Of a stretch of 64,000 nt of DNA, positions 52,681-64,000 are shown piece after piece. Source of the stretch: Tubiluchus corallicola (Eukaryota; Animalia; Priapulida); contig JAQGDQ010000303.1 in assembly GCA_030141605.1 (NCBI GenBank), positions 124,001-188,000 of the forward strand, in the 5' to 3' direction. The position numbers were made by a program, and so were the translations under genes. The notes below the pieces were generated by a model. The model saw nothing but the letters and a program-made list of their open reading frames with translations, was not told the origin of the DNA and made no database searches. Positions within the stretch are counted from its first letter, which is position 1. Each line of letters opens with the position of its first letter.

Positions 52681-54904
52681 GCAAAGTGGCTACTTATGTA
52701 ATGTTCAGAGGGCCTATCAGAGCAGAGAACAGCAAAAGGTTAAGCTAACTTAATTATTGAACGAGTTTATACTCACCTTCGTTTTATTGTCAGATCTTTC
52801 TTTTAAGAAACGTTATTTTTATAGTCACCAAAACAAGCTTCTATACTTGCAGCCCTCGTAAAAATTGTGGAACTGTTGATTAGGCAGCACAGAGCAAAAA
52901 AGCCGATTGTATTGTCATCTTCAGTAACTGCGTGTTCGTGACATTTTCCAATATGCAAGCACTTTGTTACAGGTGACAGAGATGCGTCGCGCACAAATAT
53001 ATTTATCGGACTCAAGAAATGCTAGGTCTAGCTATCGCATGTCAGATTGGCCAGATAGCAAACAGCATCAGCTTTAGTGCGAAAATTAGTAGATTAAGAG
53101 AGATACTGTTGATGCTAAATTAGATATCCCGAATTTACTTAGCTGCAATAGTGTTTTGAGAATTAACAGGGCATATGTAATTCCATTTAGGTGTCTTTCG
53201 TGTGTGGGCATTGTTTTTAAGTAACGTTTAACGTAATTTATATTAAAGGAAAAAATCGCAATTCGGCACCTCTCAACACTTTTAAAAAGCGAATTCGAAT
53301 ACGCTGTATTTTGGTGTTATAAGACTCATACTGCCACACTATACGATTCAATAATTTTATTTTTTTATAAAATAAGTAAGTCTGAAGACGAAAAGATACA
53401 GATCAGAGTAACATACATGATAAAATACTAAATTTAGCATCACTGTTGTTATAATATAGGAAACAATGCTATGCTTTTGTCTTTGCTGAATTTTAGATGC
53501 AAAATCCATTACTCAGCCCTGAAAACCAACACGAACACCGACATGCTTGCTGGTTAATAAGTAAGTTGCTTTAACAAACAGAATAAAAAACGTGGTATTG
53601 CATTTGTACCCTTCGAAACGGTACTTGCTATTTAAATTACGCAATTAAATTGATGTCACAGTGAAATTTTGACTAGTTATGGAAATTTGGTTACATGACA
53701 TTACATTTCATTACATGATACTCAAAAGACATTGTGCAAGTAATGCTTAGCGTGAAGTTAACGTTAGGTGAAACTGCAAATAAGCTATTCCACATTCTCT
53801 TGAATGTTTAGGCCAGTGCGCAAAATTGCGCACAGTAAATACATGTAATTTTAGGCAAAATCGACTTTTGGGGATCTGTGGCCGGCCGACTCGTTGATCG
53901 ACCTTTTAAAATCGCAAATAAATTTGCAGCGGCCTGCCAAGTGATATCAAGTGTTATATTAAATATCAAAATCCAATACATTATATTAAACTTTGCCCAT
54001 TGCCGTACAGTAGTACTTGCTTTTTGGCACCACAACTGTACGTTTCTCACAAGGCGGCAAAAGCAACACAAATCTCGCCAGTACCTATTCAATATTTCGA
54101 ATATTGCAGGTACTGTATCCAGTTGTAGAGAGACTTACCAGCAGGTAGACTGTTATTTAACTCAGTGACGCCCACCCAATCACGCAATTATTATAGAAGC
54201 TAATTGCATAGTATTACAGTGCCATGAACTGCAATCGACATAGTCAATTGTACATCGTATCACGTCCATCAATTTTGTGAGAATCGGATAAAATATCCCC
54301 GGTTGATAAAGATCCGTAATTATCGTCAACCTGCTAAATGTGACGACGTCATTTGTTTCCAAATATAAAACTAAAACGCGAAATTGCATTACAAATAATA
54401 CCCTATTGCCTATTGCAACAAGCGTAAAAATATTAAATCAAATTTGGGCAGAATCAAATTTATAAGAGCAATTAGGTATTGACTCAAATGACGTCGAGCT
54501 GTGCTTGCGTGGGTGTAAAGCAGCATTATGATCACTTGACTATATATTAGCTATATATAGAAGTGAATTTATAGAACATAATTTTTGTACTTTTATTTAC
54601 ATGAAAACTTCCATATGAATTCTAGTGAAGTTCAAAAAGTCAAAACGACCGTCAGATGTCAGAAACGACAGAATGGTGTAAAGTTTGTTATTCTGAATCA
54701 CACAAAGAATAATGCTCATTTCTCTCGTTTGGCCTTGTGCATAATTGAATCTAGTGATTACTCTTCCATAACAATAGCTATAAGTTTAACTAATAATTCG
54801 GTAAGCGTTTATTATTGAATGTCAAGGTCTATTAGGGCTTTGTGCAAAAATTACAGTTAAGAGAGAGCCGGATTCATGTATCTTGCCTACAAAACGCACC
54901 TACG

Positions 54905-55062
54905 CACGTTTACGTATGAGAACTTAATGCACGTTTGCGCAGTAAATTCATGTACATGTCTTAATTAAGGGTCTGCGACGCATGTTACGTAGGAGAACTT
55001 CAAGCATGTTTGCGCAGTAAATTCACGTACATGTACATGTCTTAATTAAGGGTTTGCGAAGG
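54905..55062. repeat. Imperfect ~75-bp tandem duplication
   Basis: TTACGTA.GAGAACTT...GTTTGCGCAGTAAATTCA..TACATGTCTTAATTAAGGGT.TGCGA twice. Confidence 0.8.
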
Positions 55063-57296
55063 CAAGTTTGGCTTTTTATCATAAGTACGGTATTGGATGT
55101 GATTCAAGTAAGTCTTCGGGTTCACGCACACATGTTTTAGTGAATTGTACCTAAACTTTTCGTAAATAGATTTTTCTGTGCAGATTTTTTAGCCTTTGAC
55201 AACCAATAAACGCTTGACATTTTATATGGGCTCTACAGCCACCGCGGCGTTTCCGTTTACAGTGAAGAAAATGGTCAACTCGCTTCAACAAAACATAACA
55301 TTTGAATATTTGAAGAAATAAAACCCAACTAGAGGCTCGGGAAAATAGTCTTACATTATGAGTGGCTATCTTGAAGAAAAAGCAAGCAATGATTCAGGCC
55401 GTACTCCATTGTGACCTGCAGCCTAAATATACACTTTATTACTGTCGATGCCCCGTTCGTTGTATAACTGACGTATTGATCACTACGAACCGCTAGCGTA
55501 GATCAAGAACTGCGTTTTACATTTGCTCATTTTCTTAACTAATTTGTAATAAAAAAAAAACATAAACCGACATAAGGCTTCAGTTCATTGCAACTGTAAT
55601 TGTGATTATAATTGTAATTCTTAATCCACTTCAGCTTTAACATTATAATTAATGTTATGCATGTAATTACAGAACTGTATTTATATTATAGTAACAGGTC
55701 TACATTTAAAGTTACAGAATAAAAACAATAACAATTATGAAACTACGTAGTGGATAACAAAAAAACTAATACAGTGTAATAAAAACTCACTATACGACAA
55801 TACAACAATCATAATAAATTCAACATAATAAATCACCAAAAGAAAAGTAAGGATACACAGAGAGCAAGGAAGAGATGAAAAAAGAGAGAAGACGAAAAAC
55901 GAAAAGTAGTTCTGCAGAATACAGGACAAAATATAAGCAGCAATCAGTCAAGGGATGTACTGCGGTACCTAAGCGCACGAGTCGTCTTAATTGGGTCGGA
56001 TATTTAGAAACTAAACATACGGTCAAACTTCGTTATAACCCCCCCCCCCCCCCTTATAATGTCAGCCTCGCTTAACAACGGCAAAACAGTCTCCATATCT
56101 GCATAGACATATATGTATTAATGCACCACGTTAAAATGCCAAACTCACTTAACGCCAAGCTTTTTTGCAGTCTCAGATTTGGCTGTATTTAGGATAGATT
56201 TTTCTTAAAAGTGGCAAGAACAGGAATTTTTATTTTCACACCAAGCAAGTTCATTAAGAAGGTAGAAGAAGCAAGGCAAGTGTCAAACGTCAAAAGAGAT
56301 TGGAAGGAGGTTTTCACTGCGGAATCCGACCACTTGTAACTTTAAGCACGTTTCTACGTGGACAGTTTTGAGTTCCACGAAGTATACGATTGTATGTAAT
56401 ACATTAGTGTGCGCACGCCTAACTTTGCTCGTAAGTGGCAGCAGTACCGTATGAGTTACACATAAATCGTTTACGCATGTGGCGATTAAGTGCACTTAAT
56501 GTTTCATATTTACGGGTATGAGACGCTTGGCCTTGAGACATTTGGTCATGGGGCATTTAGACACAGAAGCACTTGAGCAGGATACATATGGGCAGTAGTA
56601 AAATTTAATGCTGTACCTAACTTTTAATTTTTTGTTTATTAAATTTTTAATGATTCATTATCTTCCCAACTCTTACAATACATTATCTCTCAACTCAAAG
56701 TGTACAAATTATGTATAAATAAAGATATTATGCATAATATTTTTTAAGATAATTTCTCTAAATTCAACATTTTCAAGAATATGTGCAGTAACTATCAAAA
56801 CCAGTCAAATGACTTTGCACTTTAGGTTTTCCACTCTTGTTGTTTATAAAATGAACGAAGCAGAAGACCCTGCAAGTTTACATTAGCATTTTCTCAAATA
56901 CGATAGCAATTTATTTCAGAAATATTAAATGCATTACAAAAACAGCAAATAACCGAAAATGTGAGTGATAAAAAGATCTAGTCACAAAAAAATTTAGCAC
57001 TGTTGAACAAATTCAACTAATACTTAGTGAATGTTTTTAATAATGGCAAAAACTGTGGTAAGATTCTGTTTATGTGACTGTTTATGATACTTAAGTCTAG
57101 TATCAGTAGGAAAAAATGCCACACGCCACAACATGCCACGTGAAAACATTCCGATTCCGATATAAGTGAAAACAGTTGGCCAGAGGAGAACATTTTTGCT
57201 CAACTCGACTTCCTGTTTTAAGACTTCTTGCACATGTTCATGTTTATCTTGCTTTTGGTGACCTGTGTTATGAAATTTTAGTTGTTCAAGTTAGTT

Positions 57297-57938
57297 TACC
57301 GTATAAACTTATGTACAAGTCGAATTTTTGGGAGGTGATTTTAAGGTGAAATTCTTGGGGTCGACTTATATTTAAGATGTTTTTGGGAGATGTTGCTAAA
57401 GAATCGTCTACAATACGAACATGTAAAGAAATAATCCTTCATTATATGCTGGACTGAATGAACACTCATACTGTGATACTTCACATCAGAAAATGTTCGC
57501 ATCTTGACATTACTCCACAAACTTAACAAATATTACTGTAATTTATTTTAATGTATGTGAAATTAAGTTAGAATTTATATATTACTGGCAAATAAACTAG
57601 CGACGGAGCACTCGATCAGAACATGCAAACCGCTAATGTTGTGCAGGTGCTTCTGGGTGAAGTTTTACACGGGCTTTGTACATGCGTGTTTTACTGGCAA
57701 AATATCGATTACCAGCATACAAGCATATATAGAACACAACTACGTAGAGGTATTAATTTTAGTAAATTATTTTTTTCCTCAATTGGGAAGGTGATGAACC
57801 ACATCATTTACTCTGGAAGATCTTAATATTTTAGGGTCGACTTGTACACAGGTAATATATAAAATGATGCAATTTTTGGTCTTAAAATGAACATCGACTT
57901 GTAAATAAGGTCAGATTGGTATGTAAGTACATATGGTA
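57297..57938. mobile_element. Tc2/pogo-like MITE (TA-CCGTATA...TATGG-TA)
   Basis: Left TACCGTATAAACTTATGTACAAGTCGA...GGGGTCGACTTAT; right GGGTCGACTTGTACAC...TCGACTTGTA...CATATGGTA; TA flanks. Confidence 0.6.
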
Positions 57939-58049
57939 CTTTACAGTGTAAACTCTTGTGTATTACACATACAGCTATACACATTACACTTATGTTCCAC
58001 ACAACTCTTCTTTTTCTGTCATTCCTTACAATATTAACTACATTAATTT
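57724..58049 (+). repeat. Left arm of 326-bp inverted duplication
   Basis: Reverse complement of 59663-59988; no mismatch found by eye; explains the near-identical ORFs 57823-58062(-) and 59656-59889(+). Confidence 0.95.
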
Positions 58050-58404
58050 TGGTATTTGACATAAGATATCTTGTTCTCAGATAATCTGAATTATTAGAAG
58101 TTATTTTTACACCAATGTTTGGTTTTGTGTAGAATTTTTAATGTTTTCAGACTACTTTTTTAATATCTTAACCTGTAAACTTCAAAATGCTTTCTAGCAG
58201 TTATTGTGTTATTCAACTGCCTGAAAGCCTTGTTTGGTTTAGTTAAAAATATACATGATATTTTTTGGTTAACTTAGTATAACTAATAATAGTTTATCTT
58301 TAACATTTATAATGCACACAATTTATGAAAAAAATGTTTATTATAATTTAATAAAAAAGAACGAATCTTCAACTTTATAACATTAGCATCTGTATGTTTT
58401 ACAG

Positions 58405-58728
58405 GACTCATTGTTCATTGTTGATTCTTTGGATATACCAACTAATGATTCTCAGTTTCTTGAGGACATGGCAGAAGCTAGAAATTGGGGACTGTCCGTC
58501 TTGTATGTGGACAACAGTGACATTATTCCAAGGAACATGGCCGTGGCTTTGGACAAACTGCCAAGTTTTAATGCAATGCCTGTTTATGGACTTAATGTAT
58601 ACAGTATGTTAAAACATCAGACGATTATTTTTACTCTTGCAGCATTAGAGAAAATAGAAGAAAAACTGTTGTATCACATGCATTCATTTCACAGTGTGGC
58701 TAAAAAATACCAGCTTTCAAGATGGTGA
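58405..58728 (+). CDS. MRPL4: Last coding exon of mitochondrial ribosomal protein L4 (uL4m); upstream exons not found in window
   Basis: ttttacag acceptor then DSLFIVDSLDIPTNDSQFL...NWGLSVLYVD...FNAMPVYGLNVYSMLKHQTIIFTLAALEKIEEKLL, matching the recalled metazoan MRPL4 C-terminus (GLNVHSMLKHQTLVLT); ORF intact to TGA. Confidence 0.88.
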   Translation, partial: DSLFIVDSLDIPTNDSQFLEDMAEARNWGLSVLYVDNSDIIPRNMAVALDKLPSFNAMPVYGLNVYSMLKHQTIIFTLAALEKIEEKLLYHMHSFHSVAKKYQLSRW

Positions 58729-59155
58729 CTTTATAGTGATTTTAATTAAACTGGACAAGTTTGTGTTCTCTGTTGTTGTATGTGATACATGATCATGATT
58801 TGTATTACATATAGAAAAGCCAGTAATATTACAGACTCCAACAGGATTCCACATTTATTTTTGCAGATTTGACTCGCCATGGACACATTTATTGCTTTAG
58901 TAAATTCATCTTCTATCCAACTGTCAAATAGCTATTAATATAATGATCTATTTTGAACTTATAAAGGTAATAAGAAGCTGTTTATATATATATTGTAAGT
59001 CACTTAAGTATAGCAATTTTTGAGGCAAAAGTTAACCAGAAAAGGTTGTTGCATATGCTCACTCATTGTTTGAAGTTTATGCAAAAGATAATACTGTATT
59101 TGTTGCATTGTTCTTGATTCTTGAAGGTCTTTTGTAAGTGAGGTATGTTTTACAT

Positions 59156-59544
59156 TGTTATTGAATTGTTGTGTTTCTTTCTCTCAGACGGCTCGTAGAG
59201 AAAACAAGAAAACACATTGTCAAATTAAATAGGTTTATTGTGTGAGAATTCCACAACACAAAAGTATGAAGGAACTCAAAATATGTACAGTCAAGTGATA
59301 ATCTGGAAACATGTAAGCGAGCGTGTGCGTATCTGAGAATATGAGAATAAACTTGAGCGGCCAGCTCCGCCTTATATATATCAATCCAAATGGACAACAC
59401 CAGAACGATCTAGAAACTACTACGCGCATCGCATATAGAAAGTTCTAGAATCTACAATTTCTTCTACAAGGTAAAAAGATTGGTTCTACTATACTATAGA
59501 ACATTCTACAATTTTCTGTTTATTTCTAATGAATCTCCACAACA
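59156..59544 (-). mobile_element. Probable solo LTR (~389 bp)
   Basis: Minus strand begins TGTTG and ends ATAACA; TATATATAAG then AATAAA in U3-R-U5 order; target-site duplication not clean (tacat/tgaat). Confidence 0.5.
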
Positions 59545-59662
59545 TGAATGTAGTGCACACTTGAGTATGATTATTTAGTGCAAAGCGCAAAGATAAACAG
59601 ATACAGTACTTGTATGGGAATTTTCTGCTGTGTATACTGAGCATAACAAACAGATATGACAG

Positions 59663-59988
59663 AAATTAATGTAGTTAATATTGTAAGGAATGACAGAAAA
59701 AGAAGAGTTGTGTGGAACATAAGTGTAATGTGTATAGCTGTATGTGTAATACACAAGAGTTTACACTGTAAAGTACCATATGTACTTACATACCAATCTG
59801 ACCTTATTTACAAGTCGATGTTCATTTTAAGACCAAAAATTGCATCATTTTATATATTACCTGTGTACAAGTCGACCCTAAAATATTAAGATCTTCCAGA
59901 GTAAATGATGTGGTTCATCACCTTCCCAATTGAGGAAAAAAATAATTTACTAAAATTAATACCTCTACGTAGTTGTGTTCTATATATG
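59663..59988 (-). repeat. Right arm of 326-bp inverted duplication
   Basis: Reverse complement of 57724-58049. Confidence 0.95.
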
Positions 59989-60087
59989 ATAAAAAAAATT
60001 AAAAAACACTCAGCTATACTATAAAATTACGATAGAAACTAATAAAATTCTTTTCGCATTTAACGCCCTGTAATAAAACTTTTTCAG

Positions 60088-60323
60088 GATCTGTTAGAAA
60101 AACTGCTTATTCAAAAGAGCACGCAGATGACCAATACACGCGCACGTTCAGGAAAGGAGTAGAATGGGGCAACGCAGAAGGCGCCATCTATCCGGTCAAT
60201 AGCTTCGCCGATCTCTACTACCCGAGGCAGGGATTCTACGGCGGAAGTGGTTTAAAGCTCGGACTTCCGGCTTACGGATTCGCCGGCCCAAATGGCAGAA
60301 CGAGTTACGTTGAGAGGAGATGA
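60088..60323 (+). CDS. Terminal coding exon of an unidentified gene (Gly/Tyr-rich)
   Basis: ttttcag acceptor, phase 1, open for 78 codons: SVRKTAYSKEHADDQYTRTFRKGVEWGNAEGAIYPVNSFADLYYPRQGFYGGSGLKLGLPAYGFAGPNGRTSYVERR*; visibly GC-richer than flanks; absent from the ORF track. Confidence 0.62.
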
Positions 60324-60757
60324 TCTAACTGTGTAAAAAATTGCCATGTGTTTAAGAAAAAAGTATTAATTTACTAAAAAAACGTAATCACATATTTTTT
60401 TAAATTCTTTAAAATTTTTCGAAAAAGTTCTAAATATTTTAAGCATCGATGTACATAATATTTTAATGTTTTTTTTTCTGTCGGTTGCAAACAACCAGTC
60501 TATTTTGAAGTGTTAAATGAAATGATCAGTTTAATGGACTAATCCATCACTCATTGCAAATTATTGGCCCATCATCCTTCTTTTCAGAATTCTCTGAAAC
60601 TTTTTGAACAAATCAATCTCTGAAATGAGAGACAGTTTATAAAAAAATGTTCTTGTTAAACAGAAACTGCATACATCGTCATTTTCTAAACTCATCCGTA
60701 TTGGTCACGTGTTTGGGCATTACTGTCGGGTAAACATGCCTTGTGGTTTATAAATTA

Positions 60758-60960
60758 TACAGGGTGTTCCAAAAGAAACAGCTCACTAACTAATGTTATC
60801 AGCATACCAATACTGCATCTGACAGAGCGTGCCCAATTGTAATGTAATGTGCAAAAATCAAGATATTGTAGTATAATCTCCTTACAGCCTCTGACTTGAA
60901 ACTCAAAGACATTTTTTGTGATACGTTTCAGCATTATTTCACAGCTGTTTCTTTTTGAAC
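60758..60960. mobile_element. Tc1/mariner-type MITE remnant
   Basis: TA-CAGGGTGTTCCAAAAGAAACAGCT versus AGCTGTTTCTTTTTGAAC. Confidence 0.5.
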
Positions 60961-61177
60961 GAATTCAACTAAGTGAGTCATAAATTGCAATACCCAAATA
61001 ATAAACAGTTACGCAGGCGACGGTGTTAGTAACTAGAATGTCTAAACTAACCATTATGTTGTCCCCCAGAAAAAACTTCAAAAAATTTAGTACAAAAAAA
61101 TTCCAAAGTAGCACAACAAATTACGTCGTTACGTGAGTCTTTGTAATCACGACATTCTTGCAAATGTAATTTATTAA

Positions 61178-61967
61178 TATAGGTTTTACACGTCAAATGT
61201 AGACACAAGAAAGTTCAAATGTGACTTAGGTAAGTCAAATGTAGACATAAGAATTTCAAATGTGTTTTGGTAACTCAAATGTGACTTAGGTAAGTCAAAT
61301 GTAGATGCATTACTTTGAATAAATCGGTAATTAACTCATTTAAGAGCAAATTATAAAAAGATAAACCAAAGATAGTCATCACTTCTTTCATAACTTTGAA
61401 AAATGCGTTGTTTATCCTCAAACGAAATTCTTTGATAAACCATAACGTCTGTAGAAAAGAATAAATTGGTTCCCACTTCCCAATGAACAGTGAATCACTA
61501 ATTAGTTTTTTAAGTAATGCATTAGCACTGCATTAATGAATTGGTTTCTCTCAAGAAACATAGTTTATTTTAACAATGTATTGTTTTCTCTAACAGTTCC
61601 AATGGTATGTAAAGTTTACAGAATATTAGTGAACTATTATAGACATATAAAGTTATTATTTTCACAGCAATTATTAAATTAAGATTAAAGGACATTAAAT
61701 TTAACATGCTTAAACTTTACCACCTATCCACATTTGAAATACTAGTGTCACATTTGACTTGACATGTGTCTACATTTGACTTACCGTAAACGTTTAAGAT
61801 TTCTTGAAAACTATTGTTAACACATTTGCATTATCTAAGTCTACTTTTGAGTTACCAAGACAGATTTGAATTACCTAAATCTACATTTGAGTTACCAAGA
61901 CACATTTGAATTACCTAAATCTACATTTGACTTAACGTAGGTTTACATTTGACATGTAAAACCTATA
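61178..61967. mobile_element. MITE with ~27-bp TIRs and ~20-bp TCAAATGT subterminal repeats
   Basis: TATAGGTTTTACACGTCAAATGTAGAC versus GTTTACATTTGACATGTAAAACCTATA; arrays of TCAAATGT (left) and ACATTTGA (right). Confidence 0.8.
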
Positions 61968-62443
61968 CACTGCCGATAAGTATGCAGCTATAGTCACAAT
62001 TACAGACAGTTTAAACGTGACATAAATTACGAAAATTGTGTGAACTTGTCGTCGTCGGTAAATGGTAATAAAGTGTGGCGAGTTCATTATACATGCAAAA
62101 GATTTCCGTATTTTTCTTTTTGTTGAACTAGAATGGGGTTACGAAATTGATGGATTATTTGCGTTTTGAAATTTATTTTATTAAAATTAGCTTATATAAT
62201 TTGCAAAAACGATCCGAACCTTGTCTATTGCATAAAAAACTGTCCTTGTCGTCAAATATTTCACAATGCACATTCAAATTAATAAACGTTTAATTAGGCA
62301 CGCATATATTGTACTATAGGGCTGTGGTGAAATGAAATGTAATGCAGGCAGGGGAATACAGTAGACTTCTCAGGTATGCATGTGAACGTGGCTTTATCTA
62401 GCACACACTCGTATTCTGACCTTGTGTTAGTAAAAGCCACTAG

Positions 62444-62570
62444 TCACGTGCACACCTGAGCTTATAAAAAGGAAAGGTCTGTTGTAGACCCTTGTCAGTG
62501 ATCGTGTCTTTCATTGCAGCTCTGTTCACATTTCACAGGCTTGCCGCAAACTCCGTTCTTCTAGGTAAGC
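62444..62570 (+). promoter_or_regulatory. Putative Pol II core promoter and non-coding first exon
   Basis: E-box CACGTG (~62445), TATAAAA (62463), Inr-like TCAGT (62495), strong donor AG|GTAAGC at 62564/62565. Confidence 0.45.
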
Positions 62571-63154
62571 TGTTTGTTCCTTATTCGGGGTGTGATATTT
62601 AGTAATAAAATTGTCATTTCGACTCTATTGTTCGGGTTTTGTTTTGGGTGAGGCGTGAAACGACTTAATTGAGACATGCCGCACGGTGTGGGCCGCGGTG
62701 CCATCCGTCCTGCATCCGTTAAAAGCGGACAGCAGTCCAATATCAATGCTCGAGGAAATAGCAAGATGACGATTATTTAACACAAATGCTGCACCATCGT
62801 TACTATTTGTTTTGTCAAATCCAATTTCTGTTCTCGTTGTCACTTCCAAATGGTTACATTAATTCGTATTTTACTACAAATATCAGAACTAACAACACAG
62901 CTACTGTTGTGAATAACATCCTGATTCTGCAATTGGTGGTGGTGGTGGTGGGGGGGGGGGATGCGTGCACTGGCCCTTCATGCACCTAAGCACCTCAAAA
63001 TGCAAGTAGTTAGTACATGTACTTTGTTTTGACTTATTTTATCTATTGATGAGTTATGTCATGACTTGAAACGATGCACTAAGCTATTTACCAGCCAATG
63101 CATAACAATTTTGCAATTCTCATCGGTACCAAGTGTTGTTGTAAATTCTGTTAA

Positions 63155-64000
63155 CGAGATGGCGCTTTTCCTGGTGTGTTAAATGAGTGTTTTGAGAATA
63201 CCACCACGAGATGGCACTTCTCTTCTTGCTTAGTCTTAAATGAGCTTTTTTGAGAATATCACCACGAGATGGCGCTTTTCTTAGTGTGTTAAATAAGTGT
63301 TTTGAGAATATCACCACGAGATGGCGGTTTTCCTGGTGTGTTAAATGAGTGTTTTGAGAATATCACCACGAGACGGCACTTCTCTTAGTGTGTTAAATGA
63401 GTGTGTTTTGAGAATATCACCACGAGATGGCACTTCTCTTAGTGTGTTAAATGAGTGTGTTTTGAGAATATCACCACGAGATGGCACTTCTCTTAGTGTG
63501 TTAAATGTGTGTTTTGAGAATATCACCACGAGATGGCACTTCTCTTAGTGTGTTTTGAGAATATCACCACGAGATGGCACTTCTCTTAGTGTGTTAAATG
63601 AGTGTGTTTTGAGAATATTACCACGAGATGGCGCTTATTTTAGTGTTAAATGTGTTTTGAGAATATTACCACGAGATGACACTTCTCTTAGTGTGTTTTG
63701 AGAATATCACCACGAGATGGCACTTCTCTTAGTGTGTTAAATGTGTGTGTTTTGAGAATATCACCACGAGATGGCACTTCTCTTAGTGTGTTAAATGTGT
63801 GTGTTTTGAGAATATCACCACGAGATGGCACTTCTCTTAGTGTGTTAAATGTGTGTGTTTTGAGAATATCACCACGAGATGACACTTCTCTTAGTGTGTT
63901 AAATGTGTGTGTTTTGAGAATATCACCACGAGATGACACTTCTCTTAGTGTGTTAAATGTGTGTGTTTTGAGAATATTACCACGAGATGACACTTATTTT
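63155..64000. repeat. Minisatellite, ~54-bp unit with 52- and ~40-bp variants, running off the window end
   Basis: GAGATGGCACTTCTCTTAGTGTGTTAAATG(A/T)GTGTGTTTTGAGAATATCACCAC repeated about 16 times. Confidence 0.95.

Noticed and set aside
57823-59889. Two near-identical ~78-aa ORFs as a duplicated gene pair
   Set aside because: They are by-products of the inverted duplication and overlap MITE sequence; no splice or family support
57724-59988. Classical Pack-MULE
   Set aside because: No target-site duplication seen and the left arm starts inside an older MITE; kept only as one alternative
63155-64000. CRISPR-like array or repeat protein (THTFNTLREVPSRGDILK)n
   Set aside because: No unique spacers, no cas genes, eukaryotic context; the open frame follows from a 54-bp unit and is broken by 52- and 40-bp variants

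Overview
AT-rich invertebrate (metazoan) genomic DNA with spliceosomal introns, so most ORF-track entries are exon fragments or spurious. By reading splice sites and phases I reconstruct: (1) a 5'-truncated nidogen/entactin gene (+, 29 exons, 1881-25372, ~1550 aa in window) whose EGF rod carries an unusual six-exon Kunitz-Kunitz-WAP-Lustrin-Kunitz-Kunitz protease-inhibitor cassette; (2) an intronless-CDS MSP-domain/transmembrane gene resembling the C-terminal half of MOSPD2; (3) a complete SPATA17 gene (-, 9 coding exons, 360 aa) with a decayed Tigger/pogo transposon in an intron; (4) a small 3-exon orphan gene (-); (5) a secreted protein gene (-) with a 68-aa internal duplication and a C-terminal DUF4430/transcobalamin-beta-like domain; (6) an isolated, intact last exon of mitochondrial ribosomal protein L4 bracketed by an apparently perfect 326-bp inverted duplication, next to the terminal exon of another unidentified gene; (7) SINEs, a CR1-type LINE fragment, several MITE/foldback elements, a probable solo LTR and a terminal 54-bp minisatellite. 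Family assignments come from recalled motifs, not database searches.
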